NCBI GenBank assembly: GCA_016196545.1
Contig: JACPXM010000048.1
Location: 19,690-83,689 of the forward strand
DNA length: 64,000 bases
Direction: 5' to 3'
Source of the DNA: Candidatus Omnitrophota bacterium
Lineage (GTDB): Bacteria; Omnitrophota; Omnitrophia; Omnitrophales; Aquincolibacteriaceae
In this document: positions 1 to 11,915 of the stretch, piece after piece
Layout of the letters: the number at the start of each line of letters is the position of its first letter
How positions within the stretch are numbered: the stretch's first letter is position 1
Notes under the pieces: generated by a model
Seen by the model: the letters and a program-made list of their open reading frames with translations, nothing else
Told to the model about the DNA's origin: nothing
The model's database searches: none
Made by a program: the position numbers and the translations under genes

Positions 1-27
1 CAGGAATCAAGAAGCAGGATAAACTGA

Positions 28-62
28 TTTTTTCTTGTTTCCCGTTTCTTGTTTCCTGTTTC
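28..62 (-). repeat. Tandem heptanucleotide repeat, 5 units (GAAACRR on minus strand; YYGTTTC on plus). The last unit overlaps the rseP stop codon
   Basis: Read directly: ttttttc ttgtttc ccgtttc ttgtttc ctgtttc. Confidence 0.8.
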
Positions 63-1176
63 ATGGCTTAATAAAAATATCTTTTACCTTTTCAAAAACA
101 TTGAGGTTCGCAAGATCGTTATAAATAATCACCCCCATGAGCATCAAAAGGAGCGCAAAACCTACTTGCGTTGCCCGCTCTTGAACTTCGAGGCTCACCC
201 GTTTTCGGCGAATTGCTTCGATCAGAAGAAAGAGCAAATGGCCGCCGTCAAGGGCCGGCACGGGAAGCAGATTAAAAACCGCAAGCGAAATACTCAGATT
301 TGCGGCGAGCTGTAGCACATAGGAAATCCCAAGCTGTGCCGCGGTGCCCGCCATTGTGATAATACCAATGGGGCCCTGCATATTTTTGACAGACAGTCTT
401 CCCGTGGCAAGATAAAAAAGGGCTTTATGGGTTAAAACCGTAAGCATCACACTTGTTTGCCAAGCCTTGGCTAAGGATTCCATCAAACCGAAGCGCTCAT
501 ATTCTTGGGCCTGAGGATGAGGTGTTACGCCGAGCCGCTTGACTCTCGCCTGTTCCCCAAAAAGATCGCTCAGCACTTCCAATCGAGGTGTGATTCGGAG
601 GGAAAGGATGGCCGCTACTCCTTCCGACTTACGCTCAACAAGAATTTCAATTTCTCCTTCCGGAGCCGCGTCAAGTGCTTGGGTCATCTGAGTCCAAGTA
701 CTCACGTCCTGACCTTGAATTTGAACAATGCGGTCTCCCATCAGAAAACCGCTTGTTTTTGCAGGGTAGCCTTCCACAAACCCGTTGATGACGGTTCCCG
801 GAACCGGACGACCCATCATAAAAATGGCTGCAAAAAGTAAAAAGGCTAAAATATAATTCATCCCAACACCGGCAACTACGATAAAAATCCTTGCCAAAAG
901 AGGAGCCGCAAGATAATCCCCGGGCTTGGGGCCTTCCGGTCCGGTTTCTGAAACCGATTCCCCAGCGGGCTTCACAAACCCTCCAAGCGGAAAAAGGGAA
1001 ACCGCGTAGCGTGTTTCTTTACCCTGCCAATGAAAGATCTCGGGACCAAATCCGATGGAAAATTTTTCCACTTTGACGTGCGTTAAGCGGCATGCAATAA
1101 AATGGCCGAACTCATGAATAATAATTAAAATCCCCAAAACGAGAATGGCAGGGATTAAAGAAAAAAAGAAACTCAT
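61..1176 (-). CDS. rseP: RIP site-2 zinc metalloprotease RseP (M50) with PDZ domain
   Basis: N-terminus MSFFFSLIPAILVLGILIIIHEFGHF carries the HExxH motif in TM1. A central PDZ-like segment and C-terminal LNLLPxPxLDGG are present. Start moved to ATG 1176, which forms an ATGA overlap with the dxr stop. Confidence 0.9.
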   Translation of the reverse strand: MSFFFSLIPAILVLGILIIIHEFGHFIACRLTHVKVEKFSIGFGPEIFHWQGKETRYAVSLFPLGGFVKPAGESVSETGPEGPKPGDYLAAPLLARIFIVVAGVGMNYILAFLLFAAIFMMGRPVPGTVINGFVEGYPAKTSGFLMGDRIVQIQGQDVSTWTQMTQALDAAPEGEIEILVERKSEGVAAILSLRITPRLEVLSDLFGEQARVKRLGVTPHPQAQEYERFGLMESLAKAWQTSVMLTVLTHKALFYLATGRLSVKNMQGPIGIITMAGTAAQLGISYVLQLAANLSISLAVFNLLPVPALDGGHLLFLLIEAIRRKRVSLEVQERATQVGFALLLMLMGVIIYNDLANLNVFEKVKDIFIKP

Positions 1177-2336
1177 AGACTCACCCTCGCTAAATCTGCA
1201 AATCGAAGGGCTTCTTCTCTTGCCCATTCATCTGCTTCTAAAATGTTTGAAAGGGTCGGTGACGAAATCAGCCGGTGCAACGACATAACTTTTTCAACGA
1301 CACGTGGAATATCCGTAAATGTTATTTTCCCTTTGAGGAATAATTCTGCAGCAACTTCATTAGCCGCATTCAAAACCGCGGGCAGGGTCCCGTCCGCATG
1401 CGCGGCCTCAAAGCCGAGCCTCAGGCAGGGGAAATGCTCCAAATCCGGAGCAAAAAACGTAAACTTTTCAAGGGCGGCCAAATCCAGCCGCGGGCATCCA
1501 TTGCTCAAACGTCCCGGATAGGACATCGCATATTGAATCGGCAATTTCATATCGGTGACGGAGAGATGTGCTAGATGGGAACCATCCACAAATTCAATGA
1601 GGGCATGCACAATGGCCTCCGGATGAATTAAAACTTCAAGGCGCTCGGGAGGGATACCGAAAAGATTGGAGGCCTCAATCACTTCAAGGCCTTTATTCAT
1701 CAGCGTGGCCGAATCGATGGTGATTTTGGGGCCCATTTTCCATTTGGGGTGGCGCAGCGCTTGCTCGGGAGTAATGGTTTCAAAATCGCCCGCCCATTTA
1801 AAAAAAGGTCCTCCTGAGGAAGTAAGAATTAATTTTTGAATAGTCCCTTTCTCCTTGCCTTCAAGCAATTGCCACAAACCGGAATGCTCACTGTCAATCG
1901 GAAGCACCTGCGCACCCTGCTTTGCAGCCTCTTCCATCACAAGTTTTCCGGCCATGACCAGAGGTTCTTTATTGGCCACCGCCACATTTTTTCCAGCCCG
2001 AATCGCGCAAAAAAGGGGCAGAATGCCCCGGGCACCCACCATAGCCGAAATCACGAGGTCCAAGTCGGGAATTTGAACCGCTTCACAAATCCCTTTTTCG
2101 CCCTCTAAAACTTGAAGACCAAGCGGGGCGACCTCCCGGCGAAGCTGAGAGGCAAGAGAGGCGTCGTAAATTGCCACATAGTCGGGACGGAATTCATGGG
2201 CTTGCTCGGCAAGCCTTTTGATATTCTTGCGCGCGGCCAACACCCGGACTTTAAATTGGCCGGGATGCATGCGGGCAATCACCAGCGCGTTTTCTCCAAT
2301 GGAACCTGTAGAACCCAAAACTGCAATCGACTTCAA
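1173..2336 (-). CDS. dxr: 1-deoxy-D-xylulose-5-phosphate reductoisomerase
   Basis: LGSTGSIG NADPH motif and full-length Dxr-like sequence. Start placed at TTG 2336, which has AAAGGAG 5 nt upstream. The ORF-track GTG at 2360 lies inside a palindrome. Confidence 0.9.
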   Translation of the reverse strand: MKSIAVLGSTGSIGENALVIARMHPGQFKVRVLAARKNIKRLAEQAHEFRPDYVAIYDASLASQLRREVAPLGLQVLEGEKGICEAVQIPDLDLVISAMVGARGILPLFCAIRAGKNVAVANKEPLVMAGKLVMEEAAKQGAQVLPIDSEHSGLWQLLEGKEKGTIQKLILTSSGGPFFKWAGDFETITPEQALRHPKWKMGPKITIDSATLMNKGLEVIEASNLFGIPPERLEVLIHPEAIVHALIEFVDGSHLAHLSVTDMKLPIQYAMSYPGRLSNGCPRLDLAALEKFTFFAPDLEHFPCLRLGFEAAHADGTLPAVLNAANEVAAELFLKGKITFTDIPRVVEKVMSLHRLISSPTLSNILEADEWAREEALRFADLARVSL

Positions 2337-2348
2337 ACTCTCTCCTTT

Positions 2349-2379
2349 AACCTCCTGCACACCGGGTGTGCAGGAGGTT
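2349..2379. repeat. Perfect 14-bp-stem palindrome (aacctcctgcacac cgg gtgtgcaggaggtt) in the cdsA-dxr spacer
   Basis: Arms 2349-2362 and 2366-2379 are exact reverse complements. The core cacaccgggtgtg recurs at 48078-48114. Confidence 0.85.
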
Positions 2380-2381
2380 CC

Positions 2382-3173
2382 CTAGATGCTTGGAAAAGCG
2401 ATGATGTAATAATAAACAAAAGGGAGCGTTAAAAGCAAACTATCTAAAATGTCCAAAATTCCGCCCAGCCCGGGAATGGCGCCCGAATCTTTAATCCCGA
2501 CATTGCGTTTAATCAAACTTTCCGCCAAATCACCCAATTGCGAGAGAATGCCCAAAATAGCCCCAAGCAGGAAAAGATGTAAAAAAGGGACATGCGGAAG
2601 AAAAATTTTTGAAAGAAGCGACAAGGCAATGGTTGTGGCAAAACAGCCAATAGAACCCTCTACGGTTTTATTCGGACTAATCGATTCAATCAGTTTATGC
2701 CTTCCATAGCGGCCGCCGACGAAATAGGCGCCCGCATCCCCGCCTTTCACAAGCAAAATAGAATAGAATACCCATGCCGGACCATGTTCCAAATTTTTAA
2801 TCTTCACGATGTGGGAAAAAAACCAGGCGACATAAACAAGGCCGAGGAGTGTGACCGCAGTTCCTAAAAGGGCGTGGGGGCGGTAGCGGGGATGCACATG
2901 CGAGCCAAAGATCACAAGACAGGCCGAGGCCAAGACCACGGAATCCGCTTTAAAGTAAAGGGAAATCGGGATGAGGAATGCAAAAAGGAGTCCCAGGACA
3001 ATATTGACTTTAAGGCCGCTTTTTTCCGACATTTTTAAAAATTCATACACGGCGGACAGACAAAAGGCCTCGACGACGAGCACAAAAAACCAGTCCGGGG
3101 CGTAAAAGATCGCAAAGAGGGAAAGCGATATAAACAGGGTTGAAAAAATGAGGCGTTTGACCAGTGAGGACAT
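2382..3173 (-). CDS. cdsA: Phosphatidate cytidylyltransferase
   Basis: Polytopic membrane protein with CdsA-like C-terminal region (KRxxGxKDSGxxxPGHGGxxD-type: KRNVGIKDSGAIPGLGGILD). Start moved to ATG 3173, 4 nt after the uppS stop. Confidence 0.85.
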   Translation of the reverse strand: MSSLVKRLIFSTLFISLSLFAIFYAPDWFFVLVVEAFCLSAVYEFLKMSEKSGLKVNIVLGLLFAFLIPISLYFKADSVVLASACLVIFGSHVHPRYRPHALLGTAVTLLGLVYVAWFFSHIVKIKNLEHGPAWVFYSILLVKGGDAGAYFVGGRYGRHKLIESISPNKTVEGSIGCFATTIALSLLSKIFLPHVPFLHLFLLGAILGILSQLGDLAESLIKRNVGIKDSGAIPGLGGILDILDSLLLTLPFVYYYIIAFPSI

Positions 3174-3177
3174 TCCC

Positions 3178-3897
3178 TTAGAGGACCGGGCTTGTTCTTC
3201 CAAAACGGCGCTCCCTTTTTTGATAATCTTCCAAGGCTTTGAGGAATTCTGATTCAGTAAATTCCGGCCAAAATTTTTCCGAGATGTAAAGTTCCGCATA
3301 AGAAATTTGCCACAACAGAAAATTACTGATGCGAAATTCTCCGCTGGTGCGAATCAACAGGTCCGGGTCGGGAAGATTCGCAGTATAAAGATGCCCGGCA
3401 ATAGTTTCTTCCGAGATTTCCTCCAGCTTGATTTTCCCGGCCCTTACCCCTTCGGCAATCCTGCGGCAGGCCTCTGTGATTTCATAACGGGAGGAATAGC
3501 TGAAAGCAAAGGTCACATGCACTCCCGTATTGGCGCGTGTGTTTTCCATTCCCTGCGCAATTTTTTCTTGTATCATTTCTGGCAAATCGCTCAGATTTCC
3601 AATCGCGTTAAAGATCACATTATTTTCCTTCATTTCGCGGAGTTTTTGGTCCAGGTACAGGGAGAGAAGCCCCATGAGAAAGGAGACCTCCTCCTTCGGC
3701 CGCTGCCAATTCTCCCTTGAAAAGGCATAAAGGGTTAAATATTTGACGCTGTATTTTTTCGCGGCGCGAATGACCTCTTCAACACGTTTGACCCCTTCTT
3801 GATGTCCTTGGACACGCGAAAGGCCTCTCGCCTGGGCCCAGCGGCCATTTCCATCCATAATAATCGCGATATGACGCGGTACATTAGTGTTTTTCAT
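3178..3897 (-). CDS. uppS: Undecaprenyl diphosphate synthase (cis-prenyltransferase)
   Basis: HIAIIMDGNGRWA and RTSGExRxSNFLLWQ motifs. Confidence 0.92.
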   Translation of the reverse strand: MKNTNVPRHIAIIMDGNGRWAQARGLSRVQGHQEGVKRVEEVIRAAKKYSVKYLTLYAFSRENWQRPKEEVSFLMGLLSLYLDQKLREMKENNVIFNAIGNLSDLPEMIQEKIAQGMENTRANTGVHVTFAFSYSSRYEITEACRRIAEGVRAGKIKLEEISEETIAGHLYTANLPDPDLLIRTSGEFRISNFLLWQISYAELYISEKFWPEFTESEFLKALEDYQKRERRFGRTSPVL

Positions 3898-6754
<2,857 letters not shown>

Positions 6755-6758
<4 letters not shown>

Positions 6759-7852
6759 TTCGCTCCTTTAACTTTCATTTCATTCAATGTCTCTTCCAAA
6801 AGTACAAGTCCTTCTTCCAAATCCTTCTTTGTAATCGCCCCCATATGGGCGATACGAATAATTTTTCCCTTCATTTCGCCCTGTCCCCCGGCAATCGACA
6901 CCCCTTTTTGGTCGCGCATGATTTTTACGATTTCCTCACCGTTGATTCCGGCTGGAACCGAGGCAGCGCTGACGGTCGCCGACGGGGCCTTGGAAAAAAG
7001 CTCAAGGCCAAGGGATTTGAGTTTCGCACGTGTAAATTCACCCAGCAACTGACAGCGTTTAAAAACGCTCTCCAGCCCTTCCGCTTCAATCATTTCAAGG
7101 GCTTTATTCAATCCGATCACAAGTGTCAGTGCCGAGGTAAACGGAGTATCCCAGTCCGGCATTCCTTTTTCATAAAGCGCAAGATTCAAATAAAATTTCG
7201 GAAGCCTTGCAGCTTTCATCCGAGCCTGGGCCTTTTCACTCACACTGATAAAAGCAAGTCCGGGCGGAAGCATCAGCGCCTTCTGAGAAGCTGTGACCAC
7301 AAGGTCCACACCCCAGGCATCGGTTTCAAGTCGGTCCGCGCCCAAACCTGAAATGGCATCGACAATTAAGAGGGCGCTACTTTGTTGAACAACTTTTGCA
7401 ATTTCTTTAACATCATGAAGAGCCGCTGTTGAGGTTTCGCAAAGCTGGGAACAAACGGCACGAATCAAAGGATTTTTTTTAAGGGCCGCTTTCACCTCTT
7501 CAGGCTCCACGACATCCCCATAAGGGGCCTTCAAGACGGTTACCTTTAGTCCGTAGGCCTTGGCTAAATGAGTGAACCGCTCGCCGAATTTTCCCGCCTC
7601 CAGCACAAGGACTTCATCCCCCGCGGAATGAAAATTCACCAGGGAGGCCTCCATAGCTGAGGTGCCGGAGCCGGTAATCGTGTAGACCGGACCTTGCGTC
7701 ATAAAAACTCTTTTAAGCCGGCCTGTGGCCTGTTCAAAAATTTTTCGGTATTGCGGCGTGCGGTGATGAATGACAGGCTCCGCCATCACCCGGCGAACGG
7801 CTTCCGGGACAGGCGTAGGCCCAGGAGTTAAGAGAATATTACGTGAAGGCAC
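6755..7852 (-). CDS. Class V aminotransferase (AGXT/SerC-like), probable phosphoserine aminotransferase given coupling to serA
   Basis: LLTPGPTPVP N-terminus and SQKALMLPPGL PLP-lysine motif. GTG start 4 nt after the clpP stop; ATGA overlap with serA. Confidence 0.8.
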
Positions 7853-7856
7853 GGAA

Positions 7857-8465
7857 TTATTTTTTAGAACTAAGTTCGGACCGATTCGTAATCACTTCAT
7901 CTACAATCCCGTAAGTCTTGGCTTCCGAGGCGGCCATGAAATAGTCGCGGTCCGTGTCTTTTTCAATGCGTTCCAGAGGCTGGTTTGTGTGTTGGGCCAG
8001 AATTTTATTGAGCTGTTCGCGCATCTTTAAAATTTCCTTGGCCTGAATGTGAATATCCGAGGCCGATCCCTGGGCCCCGCCCCACGGCTGATGAATCATC
8101 ACGCGGGCATTGGGAAGCGCGTAGCGTTTGCCCTTGGTGCCCGCCGCCAGGAGCAGCGCGCCCATGCTGGCCGCCTGTCCCACACAATAAGTCGCCACAT
8201 TACATTTTACAAACTGCATCGTGTCATAAATCGCAAGGCCTGCGGTAACGGAGCCCCCCGGCGAGTGAATGTAAATATTGATGTCCTTTTCCTGGTCCTC
8301 CATTTGGAGAAAAAGGATTTGGGCAATAATCAAATTCGCAATCGTATCGTCAATTGGAGTGCCGATAAAGACAATGCGGTCTTTTAAAAGGCGAGAATAA
8401 ATATCATAGGCGCGCTCACCTCTGCCGGTTTGTTCAATCACCATGGGAACTAAATAGCCGCTCAT
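7857..8465 (-). CDS. clpP: ATP-dependent Clp protease proteolytic subunit
   Basis: Full-length ClpP similarity ([14 protein letters not shown] active-site Ser region, MIHQP). Confidence 0.93.
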   Translation of the reverse strand: MSGYLVPMVIEQTGRGERAYDIYSRLLKDRIVFIGTPIDDTIANLIIAQILFLQMEDQEKDINIYIHSPGGSVTAGLAIYDTMQFVKCNVATYCVGQAASMGALLLAAGTKGKRYALPNARVMIHQPWGGAQGSASDIHIQAKEILKMREQLNKILAQHTNQPLERIEKDTDRDYFMAASEAKTYGIVDEVITNRSELSSKK

Positions 8466-8481
8466 AAAACCTCCTGTAATT

Positions 8482-9768
8482 TTAGCCTGTTACTTTGGCG
8501 TTTTTTTTGATAAATGCAATGGCCTTTTCATTACGAATTCGGTCGCGAAGTCCCTCCATTTGGTCTTCGTGAGACTCATAATACTTTTGAAGTACTTCAG
8601 CGGGCTGGCGTATTTGCGATGCCAGTTCTTCATACTTTTTCTTTAAATCTTCGGCGGCAGCCTGAAAATTTTCTTTCAACGCAATTTCGTCCAGCAAAAA
8701 AGCTAGGTGGACTTGCCTTCGAGCCTCTTCGCTAAACTCCTCATGAAGTTTTTCCCGCTCTTCTTTAGAAATTTCCCCGGTTTTGCCATGACGCGCGCGG
8801 CTGTGCTGCAGAAAATCCTGGACAAGATGATCAATCCTACGGGCCACCAAACCCTCAGGAAGATCAATTTTATTACGCTTTAGAAGCTCTTCCAGGAGCG
8901 ATTTTTCAAACGCAGCCTCCGCTTCTTTTTCTTTTTGAGCTTGAAGGTCTCTTTCGATTTTTTCCTTTAACTCCGCGAAGGTCTTAAACTCACCGGCCTC
9001 CTTGGCCATTTCATCATCGAGGACAGGAAGTATTTTGGATTTTATTTCTTTAACGGTGATTTTAAAAATCGCATCTTTCCCTGCGACTTCCTTGGGCTGG
9101 GCGCTTTCGGGAAGTTTCACTTTAACTTCTCGCTCCTTGCCGATTTCAGCCCCTACCAATTGCGCGGAAAATCCAGCGATGAATTCTTTTTCCCTCAGCT
9201 CAAACCATTCATCGCTTCTTTTTTCAATCTCTTTGCCTTCGGAAACACAAATATAATCCGCAATGACCACGTCGCCCATCCCCGCGGGACGGCCCTCTAC
9301 CGCTTGAAACTGAACTAAGGATTCCTGAATTCGCTTCAGGGCCTCGTCGACTTCCCCAGCTTTGAGCTCTGTTATCGCTTTTGCAGCCGAAAGGCCGGTC
9401 ACCTGAGAAAGTTTTATTTTGGGACGTATTTCAAGCCGGGCCTTGTAAGAAAGCCGGGTGTCTTTAAAATCCACGTCCTCAAGAGTCGGAAAACTAATAG
9501 GATTCAGCGATTTTTCCTGAATGGCCTTGCGATAGGATTCTTCCAAAAGACGTTTTAAAACGGATTCTCGGGCCTCGTTTTGATAATGCATCGCAAGGAC
9601 GTTGCGGGGCGCTTTTCCAGGACGAAAACCGGGTACCTTGGCCTGCGGGCCAATCGATTTATAAAATTCGTCGAATTCCCTGCGAATTTCATTCTCATCG
9701 ACTTCCACATTCAGAATTTTTTCGCAGGCCTTTCCGTCTTTAATCGAAACTTTCATTGTGATTGTCAT
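8482..9768 (-). CDS. tig: Trigger factor
   Basis: 428 aa with GFRPGKAP ribosome-binding signature. The start could instead be ATG 9756. Confidence 0.9.
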   Translation of the reverse strand: MTITMKVSIKDGKACEKILNVEVDENEIRREFDEFYKSIGPQAKVPGFRPGKAPRNVLAMHYQNEARESVLKRLLEESYRKAIQEKSLNPISFPTLEDVDFKDTRLSYKARLEIRPKIKLSQVTGLSAAKAITELKAGEVDEALKRIQESLVQFQAVEGRPAGMGDVVIADYICVSEGKEIEKRSDEWFELREKEFIAGFSAQLVGAEIGKEREVKVKLPESAQPKEVAGKDAIFKITVKEIKSKILPVLDDEMAKEAGEFKTFAELKEKIERDLQAQKEKEAEAAFEKSLLEELLKRNKIDLPEGLVARRIDHLVQDFLQHSRARHGKTGEISKEEREKLHEEFSEEARRQVHLAFLLDEIALKENFQAAAEDLKKKYEELASQIRQPAEVLQKYYESHEDQMEGLRDRIRNEKAIAFIKKNAKVTG

Positions 9769-9846
9769 AATCCCTTCGAATAGGCTTTGAATTCAGCGAA
9801 TGGAGGCAATCGGCGCTTCGTCCGATTCCCTCTCATTTTCAAATTT

Positions 9847-9917
9847 AGCGAGTGGAGGGAATCGAACCCTCGTAACTGCCTTGGCAAGGCAGCGCATTAC
9901 CACTATGCTACACTCGC
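9847..9917 (-). tRNA. tRNA-Gly (anticodon GCC)
   Basis: Manual cloverleaf: GCGAGTG/CACTCGC acceptor, anticodon loop TTGCCAA, T-loop GGTTCGATTCC. No encoded CCA. Confidence 0.9.
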
Positions 9918-9955
9918 ATAAGGCCAAAACCCTCTGTAACTATTGGAAACTGCGT

Positions 9956-9984
9956 ATTTTAGAAAACGAGAGAGGCTTTGTCAA
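9956..9984 (-). promoter_or_regulatory. Sigma70-type promoter for tRNA-Gly: TTGACA-N17-TAAAAT
   Basis: Minus strand reads TTGACA (9984-9979), an exactly 17-nt spacer, then TAAAAT (9961-9956), about 38 nt upstream of the tRNA 5' end. Confidence 0.65.
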
Positions 9985-10002
9985 TGAGTGCCTGAACGCA
10001 AA

Positions 10003-10047
10003 CTCTACCGGTTCCAGGTTGCCGACGGCAACCTGGAACCGGTAGAG
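10003..10047 (-). terminator. Perfect 21-bp-stem hairpin (3-nt loop) directly 3' of tRNA-Leu, followed on the minus strand by TTTGCGTT
   Basis: ctctaccggttccaggttgcc gac ggcaacctggaaccggtagag. Lies between the tRNA-Leu 3' end and the tRNA-Gly promoter. Confidence 0.6.
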
Positions 10048-10054
10048 TTAAAAA

Positions 10055-10136
10055 TGCGGCTAGAGGGAGTTGAACCCCCACCCCTTACGGGACTAGATCC
10101 TAAGTCTAGCGCGTCTGCCAGTTTCGCCATAGCCGC
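10055..10136 (-). tRNA. tRNA-Leu (anticodon TAG), long variable arm
   Basis: Manual cloverleaf: GCGGCTA/TAGCCGC acceptor, anticodon loop CTTAGGA, variable arm TCCCGTAAGGGGT. Confidence 0.9.
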
Positions 10137-10194
10137 ATGGATAGATTAAATAGGCGAAAAAGAAAAGCTTTTTTCGCATATTTAGCTTGAAGAT

Positions 10195-10267
10195 TGCGCC
10201 GAGCAGGGATCGAACCTGCGACCCAGTGATTAAGAGTCACTTGCTCTACCAGCTGAGCTATCGGCGC
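10195..10267 (-). tRNA. tRNA-Lys (anticodon CTT)
   Basis: Manual cloverleaf: GCGCCGA/TCGGCGC acceptor, anticodon loop CTCTTAA, T-loop GGTTCGATCC. Confidence 0.9.
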
Positions 10268-10284
10268 ATGAAATAAAACACGGA

Positions 10285-10313
10285 ATTGTACTCGAAGCCC
10301 CGAACAATGACAA
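10285..10313 (-). promoter_or_regulatory. Sigma70-type promoter for tRNA-Lys(CTT): TTGTCA-N17-TACAAT
   Basis: Minus strand reads TTGTCA (10313-10308), a 17-nt spacer, then TACAAT (10290-10285). It is followed by the TCCGTG discriminator-like motif also seen upstream of two other tRNAs. Confidence 0.6.
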
Positions 10314-10340
10314 GTTACAGAGAAGCTAAAAAATTTTCCC

Positions 10341-11180
10341 TTAAGCTTGGTACATTTCCCTGATTCCGCGTGTCATTTGACGGTAGGTATTGCGATTCGT
10401 GGAAAACGTTTTATTCGCAAGAGGAAGGTGCAAGAAAACCGCTTGAATCATCTGCATCCGCTCTTCGGTAATGGGCCGGGATTGATAATAATCAAAAAAA
10501 TAGGGCGCGACCTGTTGATTGGCATGCAAAAATTTAGACATCACATCAATAAGCCCTTGAGGGTCCTGCCCCGCCTCGACCATATAATGGAGAGCGCGTT
10601 CATCGGCACTAAGCAACCTCTCCTCGGCTGATAGCTGGCGGGATTCCACAAGAGAACTGGCCATAGCCAGTCCCACCACGGCAAGCACGCCAATTTCGCC
10701 TAAAGCGCCTACCGCAGGAGCTGCCTTTTGTAAGGCCTCAAGAACCTTATAACTTCTAGAGAGCCGCGGGTCCGCATATTGAAGTTCCCCGATTTCATGA
10801 GCAAGAACCGCCGCAAGTTCGGATTCATTGTCTAGAAAATTGACGAGCCCCGTCGTCAAATAAATAAATCCGCCCGGCGCGGAGGTGGCATAAATTTTTT
10901 CATTGAAAAGGAGGGTAAATCGATAAGGAAGGTCTTTTCTTTTGGCAAAAGCAGCGAGCGAGGCACCGATGTGGTTGATGTAGGCCACAACCTCAGGTTC
11001 CGTATAAGGGTAGAACTGGGATAAAATCTGGGCGTGAATCTGCTCTCCGATTTTGACTTCTTCGCTGGCGTAGTCCTGAACCGAGGCCGTCGGCTTTCCG
11101 GCTTTGGGGGCCGTGGCGCAGCCCGAAACCAGACAAGTTACAAGAGTCATTAAAATTAGGCTGTAGCGAAATTTAATCAT
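10341..11180 (-). CDS. M48-family peptidase-like lipoprotein (BepA/YfgC-like) with variant HEIGE motif
   Basis: Lipobox LVSGC. PGGFIYLTTGL...SELAAVLAHEIGELQ matches the M48 core, but the second His of HExxH is Glu. Start placed at ATG 11180. Confidence 0.7.
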   Translation of the reverse strand: MIKFRYSLILMTLVTCLVSGCATAPKAGKPTASVQDYASEEVKIGEQIHAQILSQFYPYTEPEVVAYINHIGASLAAFAKRKDLPYRFTLLFNEKIYATSAPGGFIYLTTGLVNFLDNESELAAVLAHEIGELQYADPRLSRSYKVLEALQKAAPAVGALGEIGVLAVVGLAMASSLVESRQLSAEERLLSADERALHYMVEAGQDPQGLIDVMSKFLHANQQVAPYFFDYYQSRPITEERMQMIQAVFLHLPLANKTFSTNRNTYRQMTRGIREMYQA

Positions 11181-11192
11181 AAAAAATTGCAC

Positions 11193-11568
11193 CCGCCATG
11201 AGGGGTGACGAAAGTTGAACGATGTGCTCAGAATGAACTATAAACCCTATGCCCGGAATCAACATGCTTGGTTTTCTTTTCCCTAGTTCCTCAAATTTCA
11301 AAGTATGCCTGACGGGGTTTGTCCAATCGTAACCAATTTTACGAACGACCTAAAGCAGTCCTCTTGGCCGCTTTTCCACCTACAATTTAATCCACAGTCT
11401 ATTGGAACTTTTCGGTCAAGGCAACCTCTTTGAACTTCGTGTGGATAAGGTCTCTGACTCTACACTTTCCACTTCGAACTTATCGCTCCCGTAGCGTCTC
11501 AAAATTCCCTCTGCCGTTTGAGAGCGGCAAGAGTTCCCGATACAAAGAATCAAAACTCTTGTTTTCAT
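11193..11568 (-). pseudogene. arsC: Arsenate reductase (LMW-PTP/thioredoxin-coupled type), decayed by frameshifts and stops
   Basis: ATG 11568 opens [35 protein letters not shown] with the CX5R(S) P-loop. The frame stops after 50 codons, and weak ArsC-like remnants (PHEV..., LVTIG...) continue in other frames. Confidence 0.65.
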
Positions 11569-11915
11569 AGCTTCTTTAACATCCCCGAAAATAAAATCGC
11601 TAGCAAGCCGCCCATAAATTGACTAGGCCAATAAACGAAGACAGCTGAGGCTGGAATTCTTTTTGCCACAACAAAGGAGAGCGTTACAGCGGGGTTAAAA
11701 TGCGCACCTGAGACATGGCCGACAGCAAATATCATCATTACAATTGTCAGTCCCCAAGCAAATGGAATAATAAACACCGGGAACGTTTGAGGGAATCTTT
11801 CAGCCAGGAGAATACTTCCTGCCCCGACGAAGATCATCGTAAAAGTACCGATGACCTCCGCCAGGACTTTTTGTGTTAGCAGCAACATTTGCAGCACCGA
11901 CATTCTTTGCAACAT
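11565..11915 (-). CDS. MIP/aquaporin-family ORF, N-terminal half only (TM1-3 and a single NPA box); likely truncated aquaglyceroporin of the ars locus
   Basis: [16 protein letters not shown]...[15 protein letters not shown]...YWPSQFMGG aligns to the first repeat of MIP channels. The ORF ends after TM3 in an ATGA overlap with the arsC remnant. Possible starts are ATG 11915, 11903 or 11888. Confidence 0.6.
   Translation of the reverse strand: MLQRMSVLQMLLLTQKVLAEVIGTFTMIFVGAGSILLAERFPQTFPVFIIPFAWGLTIVMMIFAVGHVSGAHFNPAVTLSFVVAKRIPASAVFVYWPSQFMGGLLAILFSGMLKKL

Noticed and set aside
10154-10178. Small hairpin GCGAAAAA-N8-TTTTTCGC between tRNA-Lys(CTT) and tRNA-Leu as a terminator.
   Set aside because: The stem is AT-rich and only 8 bp, and T-rich flanks occur on both strands. 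Whether it terminates or is just a processing spacer cannot be judged from sequence, so it is not listed as a feature.
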